Assembly: GCA_965113315.1 (NCBI GenBank)
Contig: OZ220365.1
Reading direction: 5' to 3' (one strand)
Length of the DNA stretch: 64,000 nucleotides
Origin: Podarcis vaucheri
Taxonomy: Eukaryota
In this document: piece after piece, positions 12,355 to 22,484 of the stretch
Numbering within the stretch: the stretch's first letter is position 1
How the letters are laid out: each line of letters begins with the position of its first letter
The notes under the pieces: model-generated
The model's input: the letters and a program-made list of their open reading frames with translations, nothing else
Told to the model about the DNA's origin: nothing
Database searches by the model: none
Position numbers and translations under genes: made by a program

Positions 12355-13113
12355 AATCATGGAATCATAGCGTTGGAAAGGGTGCTGAGAGTCATTTAGC
12401 TCAACCTCCTGCCATGCAGGAAGCTCAGTAAAAGCATCCATGACAGCCATCCAACCTTTGCTTATAAACCTCCACTGAAGGGAGTCCTTCACTGTCAAAC
12501 AGCTCTTGCCATCAGAAAGTTGGCATCTCCTTTCTTGTAGCTTAAAGCCATTGGTTTGGGTCCTACCCTCTGAAGCAGGAGAAAACAAGCTGTCTGCATC
12601 TTCCATAAGACAGCTCTTTAGATATTTGAAGATGGCTAGCTTATCATATCTCTTCTCAGTCTCCTCTTTACCAGATTAAACAACATAATTCTCTCCCTTG
12701 GTTTCCAGACCCTTGAATATCTTGGTCGCCCCCCTCTGCACATATTCCAGCTTGGACATAGCATTCTTGAGTGCGGTCTGTCAGAAGCAGAATAGAGCAG
12801 TACTATGACTTCCAATGACACTATATTTTTGTTGATGCAGCCTAGAATAACATTAGCTTTTTTGCTGCCGCATCACACTGTTGACTCATGTTAAGTTTGT
12901 GGTCTACCAAAACCTCTACATCCTTTTCACCTGTACTACTAGCAAACCAGGTGTCCTCCACCTTATATTTGTGCAGTTGGTTCTTCCCACCTAAGTGTAG
13001 AATCTTACATTTGTCCCTATTGAAAATAATTTTGTTAGTTTTGGCCCACAGTCAGTTAAGGTCATCTTGAATCCTGATTCTGTCTTCTGCATTGACTACC
13101 TCTCCTAGGTTTG
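12355..13113 (-). mobile_element. CR1 LINE 3' fragment
   Basis: ORF remnants SLEVIVLLYSASDRPH and EDADSLFSPASEGRTQTNGFKLQERR. Ends in the CR1 octamer-type tail ctatgattccatgatt. Confidence 0.92.
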
Positions 13114-13433
13114 CAAGACTCTTAACACATTCCTGCCAACCACTATAGCCAAATCATTCCTGACAACACCTCCTGCACAACAAGTTGTTTACTCCCAGTA
13201 TTTTCCTCTCTCTTCCGGGGCCATGACCTTCAACAGGAAAGAGTGATGAAAAAAACCACCTGTGCCCCAGCTTTCTACCCGGAGTCGCATGGTCCCTTGC
13301 TGTACATTCAAGGCAGTGTCTGGCAGTATTTTTGGTACCCACATGAATAAGAAGGAAGGGGCTTTGGTTTGTAGTAAGATTTAAAAACAGGAGTTTCAGA
13401 TTAAGTGATGAGATCCAGTTTGGAGTCTTAGGA

Positions 13434-13910
13434 CAGAGGTTTTGAACATTTTTGAGTCCACCGCTCCCTTGACCAACTACATTATTCCTGTGGTGCCACT
13501 GTGGCTCAGGCAGCCCCTCACCCTTTTTTGAACACCCTCAGCCTCCTCTTCCCTCTCTTCTCTCCTTGGGAGTCCTCCGGGCAGCTGCTGCTGCCCCTGG
13601 TCTCTGAGCTGCCTCTCCCCCTTCCCCAAAGAGAAGTGCCTCCTCACACTGCCCCACAGGGGCCTGGAATGAGGATGCCCCCAGCCTTAGTGGCCCAAGG
13701 TGAATGTGAGGCCAGCACCTTACCTTGGGAGGCAGCAGTGGCAACAGCGGGCGCTGCTGGGCCTGCATGGCAGTAAGGCTCATAGTGCCTGCCTGCCCAC
13801 CTGGCCTCCCACTTGTCTGTCCATTCCCAACATCAAGGACTGGCTGGCTGGACTCCATTGCCTGCCTGCTTGCTTGCTCTGAGGCTGTCAACAGGCAGCC
13901 AAGATAAGTG
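13434..13910. mobile_element. Probable degraded hAT-type element with GC-rich interior
   Basis: Starts CAGAGGTTTTGAACATTTTTGAGTCCAC (hAT-like end). GC-rich but CpG-poor, with (GCCT)n runs. Other end not found. Confidence 0.4.
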
Positions 13911-15173
13911 AACCTCCTGTGTAGACAAACTGTGGATGGAACATATTGTGGATGGAGACAGGAAATTGTTTTTTAGCATCCCATCACATTGAAGCCTGAG
14001 ATCCCTCCACCATATAATGCTTTTTATTCCATCTGTTGCACCAATATTTATTTATTTTGCACAGTGCCTGATTTAAAAATCAGGAGGGTGGTCATCCTTG
14101 GGATTAAATATATACTAGGAAAACAGAAAAGTCGCACAATATATCATCAGTGGCTTAAAATTGATCCCAACAGGTGCAGTGTGTGAAATGGGAGGCTGTG
14201 CACTTCATGCTGTCTTATTGTTCACAGACATGCATATTTGCTAGGGACAAGAAGCAGCCATTCCTTCACAATTTACCTTCTAGAGACCTTGGGAAGAATG
14301 ATGACGATAGCAACGCACAAAAAGATAAAATATAGGGACAAAATAGAGTGATTTTTCCAGAGAAAGGAACCAGAACATATGGTAAACAGGGGCAGTTGGA
14401 ACATATGGTATATTTGCCAGCTTTTCCTACCACCTGCCCATGTATTGACATATTTAAGCCATAAGTACTTGGGTAGCTTTGTATTACTATGCTGGCAGCA
14501 GCAAGCAGGGTGTGTGGGCTGAGTTTATCAGGTAGCACTGCTACTTTGTCAAGAGATCAAGGATGTCCACCTGACCACGCCTCCTTCTGGACCTCAGACT
14601 TACTGCCATAAATTGGGATATTAGTCCAAGGGTAGTTTGTGGTCCCATCAGCAAACTTCCTAGGTTAGGTTTTGGCCTATCTCTTAACTACTTTCTACTA
14701 TTCCCCCCTAGGCCTGTGCAAGGAATGAGTATTTTAAAACCTGAATGAGGATTCAGTACTAAAATAGGATATTACTCCCTCTTAACAGGGATTACTTAAT
14801 GCAGTAGTTAACATTGTTGGCTGCTGTAAACCCATCACATGCTTACATTCACTGATGAGAGAACAAAATAAAAAAGGCGTATTCTAAATGACAGAGAGTC
14901 TATTACAGTCAGCCTTGTAAAAGTAGCCTTTTAGTGTCAGTAGATAATGAAAATACCAGTTACCTATGACTGAGTTAAAATGATGTCATGACCTGGCAAT
15001 TTCTGTTCAGTGCTGACACATCTGTGTGGAGCACAGCTCAAAATTGCCTTCATGTAAATATAATAGGATTGTTCCTTTTTGTATTTCTGCTCTTCTGAGA
15101 GTCTACTGCAATCTATAAAACTTGTGAAAAGCAGCAGGAGTCCATGAAACACTTGGAAACCTATATTTTTCCA

Positions 15174-15179
15174 TTTATT
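15174..15179 (-). terminator. Candidate distal polyadenylation signal AATAAA
   Basis: Preceded by long U-rich tracts and followed about 20 nt later by gtgtttc...ttttcacaagtttt (GU/U-rich downstream element). Confidence 0.55.
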
Positions 15180-15746
15180 TTTTTAAAATGCAAATTACAC
15201 TAGTTAGTCAAAAAAAAATTCCACCTTCTGTTAAAAATACATTCAGAATTAACAAATGACTATAAGAAAAAAAGGACATTTGGATTGTTAACACTTGCCT
15301 TCTAAATATTTGGATTTATAACAACAACAAAAAGCCCAGTCTAGAAAAATAACATTCTTCACTGGATTTTTGAGGAGGATACAGCTGTACAATTCAACAA
15401 CAGCATTTCAGATATTCTCACACTACTGTGCTCTAAAACTCTTTTCCATAGCAGATGTGTCCATTAATTTATCCACTGTAGTAGTCAACAGTCTTGAAAT
15501 TGTTTTGGTGGTAGTGATTTAGCTGCAATGTAAGCAAGTATGAAGGCCTATTAGTGTGTGTGTGTTTGTGTTTGTATGGCAGCATCAAAAGTGTAGAATT
15601 TTCATCGCAATGCCTCAAAATTCTCTGTTTTTGCTTACTCTTGCACTAGGAGAAGAGGCACTCTAACCTTCTTTCTCCTCTTACAGTCATAGCAGAACCA
15701 TCTCACTTCTCGAAGACCATGGTCTTCAGCGACTTTCTCATCTTAC

Positions 15747-15905
15747 CTCCAGGCGTAGCAACCCCAGGCGCCTCTGCTCCTCCGCATGCCAATCCATTTT
15801 AAATGTGAGTAGCTTTCTCTTTTCTCTGATCTCTTGCAAAAAAAAACTAAACCGAAATAAAACGCCTCACTGTCATTTTTCAACTCCATTTCCCCAGGGG
15901 CATTG
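15747..15905 (-). other. Candidate 159-bp phase 2-2 exon inside the distal 3' UTR
   Basis: cttcttccctctAG acceptor, GAG|GTAAGA donor, open frame throughout (part of ORF 15743..15931), locally CpG-retaining. Confidence 0.3.
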
Positions 15906-18543
15906 CTAGAGGGAAGAAGCCTGCAGTACACCTAGACAAATTCAGGGAAAGAAGTTCTAGCCAAATATATTCCTATAGGAGGAGAACTCAGTTGGGAGTC
16001 CCTTTTATAGTGAAAGCCCATCTCTCGTTGGGACAGTGCCCACACTAAAGCAAGAAAGTGGTTCCCTTACCCGACATCTGTCCTACAAACACTTCTCCTT
16101 TCTGGACACTCACTAGTCATACTATTGTGCTGCACTCTGAAAAGCAGCTGGCACTTGCTGTTAGTGCTGCTATAAGAGCAAGCCTGGATCCTTGTAAACC
16201 TGCACATGAGCTCGAGAAACTCTATATCTTTCATGGAGGCTTTTGCACTAGGGGTGATACAGCCCACAGGAAATAAGGGAACATACTTCCCTCTTCTCAT
16301 TCAGCTTTGTTCTACAGTGGCTGCAGTTGCTTTTAAAAACATACAGCAATATTTGGCAGCAGGGGTAGCAGGATACATTCTAGGAAAGTATACCATTTAT
16401 TTGCAGCAAGATGGCTGTTTCCTAGTAGATACTGGTGCAGGCATGGGAAGCAAAGGTAGAGAAGTGCCATCATCCTATAGGCCGATGAAATAGCACTGGC
16501 TGACTGGCTAGCTTGCTCATATTTGCTAACACTGAACTGAACCACAAACTTCACAAACATTTCCTGATAGGGAATTTGAGGAAGCTTGGTGTTGGTACAC
16601 TCCCATATATATATGATTATACAAACAGTAAAAATAAACACAATTATTTTTAAAGTAATTAGGCCTTTATGGTGTTTAGCAAGATCGAACCTATATAAAG
16701 CAATGGATTCTCCAAAAATTGTGTAGTTAAGTATAGTCATCATTCTTTAATAAACCAGGAGTCTGAGCTATGGATATGCATTCAGGAGATCAAAACTCTA
16801 CTCCAGAGCCAGAATACATATATAAGTTTGCTGATATGCTGTGTCTATCCCCATAAGTGGAGATAGAATGTCAGTGAGTTGCTGCTGCTTCACTATGTAA
16901 CATGGTCCATTCTCCTTAACTCACCTATCTGAAAAGTAAAGTTAAGGATGCAATACTTCATGCATCATATCCCAGACTAATTCCACTGATAGCGAGTGAA
17001 TATTAGGTTTACAGTGACTTCTGGTCCGAGCCTAAAATGGCAAACAAGCCAACAAGAATTATAGAGCACCTTGAAAATCTGCACCAGTGCAGTGTAGATA
17101 CAATTATGCAACTACTTAAGAGTAGGATGCTTGATCTTGCAGGAATACAGTTTTGAAATTTACATGTATTATCCACTATACTATGAAGATTTCCTCATAG
17201 TAAAGTTTGGTTACATCCATTCCACTTTAGTTGCTGGAATCTGATTATGTTTATAGTGCATGTCTGTCCTGTACGCATCCAGATTTATTTTTGTCTGTGA
17301 CATGTTACATCCATTGAAAGATACAAAAATGTGAGGTGGAGTGAGTTGGACTGGTGTTTCTATAGGAACAGACTTTGAAAGTTGTCATGGGGAATGATGG
17401 TTTTTATAGGCCACACAGAATGCAAACATTTGGCAAGTGTAGAAAAACGTTGCCTGAAGACGACTTGATGGGCAATTTGCTAATTTGTAGAAGAACCTCT
17501 CCCCCATCAAGTGCCTACAGCTGGAATACCCATGTAAGTTTTAAATAAAGAAATGAGGGCAATTCCGGTTCCAAAAAATCCTGAGCAAAATATCTCTTCC
17601 CATTGAAAAGCCAATGAAGTGGCTGAATATACAGCTCAAATTCAGAACAAACAGACGTTTCTAGGACTCCAAGAGTATTTCATAAAGACATTGATCTACT
17701 AGCAAAGTTTCCAAAGGCATCTTGTTGCCAACTACATAACAGCACAGCTTTTTTTTTCAGCCACGATAATACAGAAAGTTAAGATACACATTCTAACACA
17801 CAACAGATCCCCCAAATATCACAAAAAGGTCTTCAAAAATGTTACCAACGCAACTACTCCCACCCCAACTAAAAAAAAACAAAACAAAACCCAGAAAGAA
17901 ATATCTTATATGTTGCAGGTTTTTCTTTTTTTAAAAAAGCTCACCTACATAGGATTTTCAACTGGAATTAAGTTATAAAAGAGTAAACATAGTTAATACA
18001 TATTCAGTTGGCCTCTGCTGATAGAAATAATGCAGACGTCTCTGTCATTAGTAAAAGACATATTTAGAGTCATTTATAAAAGCACCTAGAGTGCAGTAAA
18101 TAAAAACAGTGGGGTTAAGGAGCACTGTTTTTGTTGTTTCTTTACAGTTATTACTTTAGTAAATGTTCCTTTTCCCCTCAGCATTTTCCAGCTCCCCAAA
18201 GAGCCCAGTTCTTCTGTTAGAAGTATTTTAAAGTGTATTTGCATCCCAGCCCTTCTGGAGACTTAAAGCACCTCTTCTGTCTGCCAGCGGGTGGTTTTCT
18301 TACACAGCCAACTCTGGAACTACTGGGGAGCAGAGTCTATTACCTGTCACAGCCTTAGAAATCTTTAACAATTAATGAACAGCATGGTTGAGCCTAAAGG
18401 AAGTTACTTCAGAAAGTCCACACCGAATTTCTCTGATGTGTAACTTAGGATAGGTTAAGGCAAGTATGTATTATACAGCCTTTAGGGCAAACAACTTGCT
18501 GTCTATTGACTTCTGTTTCAAGGTCATCATGGTATCGTTAGTG

Positions 18544-18549
18544 TTTATT
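18544..18549 (-). terminator. Candidate proximal polyadenylation signal AATAAA
   Basis: About 350 nt after the stop codon. The downstream GU-rich element is weak. Confidence 0.35.
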
Positions 18550-18902
18550 GACTAAGAGGACACGGCTCCAGACAGAACCAAAATGGATGAGATATTTTTC
18601 ATAATTCAGAGGCAGGAGCAAAGGGAAGAGAAGGCAGGCAGTGACCAGAAGATGGTGCCACCGCTTCTCCTTCTGAACTTTCTGTATAAGAATTTGGAAA
18701 ATCCAAGATGGGAGAGAAAGGATCTTGTGCATTGCAGTCTGTACTTGTGAGAAAGTGAGGTCTCCGTGTCCCAGCATTCTTCCAGTATTATATTTTGAAA
18801 CAGAAAAGTTAAGACTTCTTCCTTCTTTTGCACCCACAGGAGGCCGTGCTGGAATAAGTTTTTTGACTAGTCCTTCGACCCCAACCACAGACTTTGTTTT
18901 GT

Positions 18903-18912
18903 CTACTTGGAC
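18903..18912 (-). CDS. NKAIN2: NKAIN2 terminal coding exon part: (AT)G TCC AAG TAG = M-S-K-stop
   Basis: tctctttcttttAG|gtccaagtag completes the split ATG codon and gives the known ...QPMYMSK* end. Intron 6 is 3,417 bp. Confidence 0.95.
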
Positions 18913-19252
18913 CTAAAAGAAAGAGACGGAAATATATATATAATCAGCACAAAGGTTTGTATACCCATCCAACACTTTTTGAGGGGATTATTTTTTGTTG
19001 AATTTACAAAATAATATACATACAGGAGAGATTTAGATGTCATTGCCCACTGGCATATATAGTTCACAACTCATCAAACACTTTTAAGGTGATGTTCATG
19101 GAAATCATGTGTATACTGTAAGAAATGCCTAATCTCCTTCAGACAATGGCACCAACAATCACAGGTTAGAGTGCAGAGAGAGAATGCCAAGTATGAGTCT
19201 AGGCCCCACCTTTCCCCTCCACACTCCTATCTTAATAGGTGACTAGCTGTGA

Positions 19253-19320
<68 letters not shown>
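19253..19320. repeat. Compound microsatellite (TAG)n(TAA)n, probably the expanded tail of a short L2-like 3' end at 19321-19356
   Basis: Direct reading. Adjacent tactggccttcatccgaagatcacagggaggttgac resembles an L2-type terminus on the minus strand. Confidence 0.9.
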
Positions 19321-20055
19321 TACTGGCCTTCATCCGAAGATCACAGGGAGGTTGACCGCCTCACACATCTGTCAAGTGTGAGGGGAGAAGAGCTGGGCTG
19401 TAGCAGCCCCCCCGCCAATCACTATAGCATTTTTCTCCCTCACAGGTGATCAGTGTGAGTGTTGCTTCAAGTCTACCTTCTCCCCATCAGATTAGCCCTG
19501 TTCATTGCCTGGATCAGAATGGCTATCCATTTAAATGGAGCTATGCAGCCCACCTCATACATTTTGCGAAGGTAAATATGACAGCATTGGGGTTGCGCAA
19601 AGGATTTGGTGTACTATAAATGAAACAACAGCATGGCACCCTGGCATTTCTCCTCTGGAAGAAGAGGAAAATGGAAATGACATAATTAAGGAAGGATGCC
19701 ATGCCCTGCAGCAGGCCTCAGATGTAGAGGAGTTCTTTTGTTTGGGAAACAAATACATCAAGAGAAACATTGGATTTAATGTAAATGTCCGGATTATAGC
19801 AATGACATGAAGGGGGAAAGTGACCCTAATGAGTTTTAATCAGGCCATAAGATCTGAGAATCTCACTAGTCGCAGGAATTCTGCTTCATAAAGCAAACTG
19901 CATGCCTTCATGACACTGGCTCTGTATAGAAGGCAGATCATTTCATGGCTGAAACTCCTCAGAGAATGACAGGAAAATTCTTCTGTAATGGCGAGCTGTT
20001 CTTGAGCAATTTTTCCAACACATTATGCATTTGATATTACATACTGTCATCGGCC

Positions 20056-20056
<1 letters not shown>

Positions 20057-20088
<32 letters not shown>

Positions 20089-20095
20089 CCCCCCC
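20057..20095. repeat. (TC)n microsatellite plus poly-C
   Basis: Direct reading. Confidence 0.95.
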
Positions 20096-21169
20096 AACGT
20101 TTCTATAGTGAAGCACTGAAGGAGTCTGGCTTTCTATTGTCTATTTGAGCGTCTCTCTCCTTCAAATTATTTCCTAGACTACCAAAAATATTGATGTCAT
20201 GTACTTGCTTATTCTACAATGCAAATATATGCATTTTTAATAATCCAATGTTGCAGAGTTTCTATGGGGGGTTCAGTTATCTTTTGCACTAGTGGTTCCA
20301 TATTGTTGCTCTCGTTGACAAGTCAAGAGTATTTCAGTGCAATTAGATGAAAGCAGGCTCTATCATGGTAGAATGCCACGGAGCAATGTATGGGGCATAA
20401 GCAAGAATGCTAGTTGATCATGCATCAACACATACATAATTTTGCTTGAAATGTGGCTGATTATGACAGCTGGTTCAGAATCCTGAAAATCCCCAAGAAG
20501 GGTAGAAAACAACTCCCAAGCCCTTCAGAAATGATCTTTAAAATGCTTACTGCTTTCCTGCTATATCCCCTACAAGGAGAACTTTGTTTGCTCGGCATTT
20601 TAAAGCAAAGTGACCTAATTCACACCTCGCAGGGTAGCACATGAACAAGCCTATAATTATACTTTCAATTTAGTACTTTTTTCAGTTTTGCTATATGGCC
20701 TTTGACTCAAAAAAAATATTTAAAAATTGTACCAAAATGCATAAAATGTGCTTTAGGATAAAATATGTGTAGAACTGCATATCTTGAGCTAGAATAAAAT
20801 GTATTTAAATAAATATTTCAACACAAAACATTTAATTAATATTTTAGATATTTAAATACAAATATCTGTATAAATTTGGTCTTAAGGGTTTCATTGGATT
20901 ATGACAGTGGCTGACTATTGAACCTTGGGCTTACATATTCGCTGACATGGCCATGAGAAGGAGATTGGAAGCTTTAGCACGACACAGCCCAAACTGTGCT
21001 TAATCTTAGCTGTGGCCTGTTGAAAAAAAGTCAGCTTCATAAACCATGGTTTGATGTTGGCTTTTTTCAAAAGACATAGTTACAGTTAACCACAGTTTAT
21101 TGGGCTCGGATGATGTGACAAGCTGCACTTAATAATAAAAAAGCAGCAGCAAAAGCTTATGAGTGGAAG

Positions 21170-21290
21170 AAAGGTTCTGCTGGTCTCTAGTCTAGCATCC
21201 CGTTCTCACATTTGCCAGCCAGATCCCTATGGGAAGCCTGCAAGCAGGACAGAAGCACAGCAGTTCTCTCCAACAGCTTCTGAACTCCTT
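21170..21290 (-). mobile_element. CR1-type 3' end remnant
   Basis: ctagtctagcatcccgttctcaca...gccagatccctatgggaagcc is the reverse complement of the motif at 51010-51108. Confidence 0.55.
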
Positions 21291-22328
21291 GCAGTCTTAC
21301 TGATGTGGGTTAGGGGAAAGGAGAGTAAGCAAATGGAAGTCTCTCCTATTCTCTTTCCCAACATGGATAATTCTCATGCCTAATATGATAAATTTGGACA
21401 AATTTATCATGACATCCAAATGCAGCCATTGTGTCCTTTGTCGCTTTACTAGAAATATCAACAGCTCTGTTGTCTTCTGCATATAGCCAATATCTCCTAC
21501 ATGTCAGTGAGCAGTACTGGAGCAAAATGGCAACAAACCTGCACTGAGTTTCAGATGTTCCTCCTGTGTTTCCTTGTTCTCAACTACAAGCTTCAAAATT
21601 TATATTGACTTCTTTGCCCTACAGCTTCAGCTTTCTTCCCAGCCAGTGTTTGTAAACTCTGTAAATGCAATCAGCTACTCTCAAAGCAGAGGACATAAAG
21701 AGAATGGGATAATATCTCAGCTAGAAGGCTCCATATGTTGATGGCAAGGTATACTATATGAAGGAAGAAATGGGATTTGAATTGTTCTGAGTACCTGGGA
21801 GCCACAAACAGTGACAGGAAGAAATAACATTTTGTAAGTGTAGAACACTGTGACAAAAGTGAAAAAGCATTTCTTTGGGCACACGCAGATGAGAAACTGT
21901 ATTCTGAGAAAGCTGCCATGTTTCACAAATAGTCTGACAGCTGAGCATAATAATAGGATCACTATTTGTGGCGTTCACCCAGAGGTAAATTAGGGCTAAT
22001 GTACATTCATCAACAAAGAAGCTGCTGGGAGACAAAGATCCACAGGAATAGTTGTTTGAAAGATGATGTAGATGGTAAAATTTCATGGACTCTCCATGCA
22101 AGCGGTGAATATGCTTGGCTGTTGCTGGAAATGGCATTCAGTGCAATCCATGTGGTAAAAATGCAAACCTGAGATTCCCTACTCATACAACAGCATTGTA
22201 ATGTAAGTAATGCATATCAAGCAGATGTACTTTTAAAGGAGTGCTTGGCTATTCCCTAAAAAGTGCTACTTTTTAATCATTAATACACATCTAGCAGTTG
22301 ATAGAGTAACTTGAAAGCTAGGTACTCA

Positions 22329-22484
<156 letters not shown>

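Larger units (their letters stand above)
15155..18902 (-). other. NKAIN2: Probable NKAIN2 3' UTR (distal end uncertain)
   Basis: Follows the stop codon, repeat-poor and U-rich on the minus strand. AATAAA hexamers at 18549-18544, 17289-17284, 16401-16396 and 15179-15174. Confidence 0.6.

Noticed and set aside
13501-13907. CpG island or GC-rich gene
   Set aside because: GC-rich but almost CpG-free, and the overlapping ORFs are low-complexity. It is more likely a transposon interior.
15747-15797. First coding exon MDWHAEEQRRLGLLRLE with good Kozak context and donor
   Set aside because: No promoter is evident. Phase 0 hits a stop in the 37-bp exon and in a nearer candidate exon at about 15112, and there is no recognisable homology.
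18867-18905. Programmed stop-codon read-through of NKAIN2
   Set aside because: The context is TAG-ACA, not TGA-CTAG, and another TAG follows after 11 codons.
19249-19449. Poly-Val/poly-Ile ORF resembling a TM peptide
   Set aside because: Artefact of the (TAG)n(TAA)n microsatellite.
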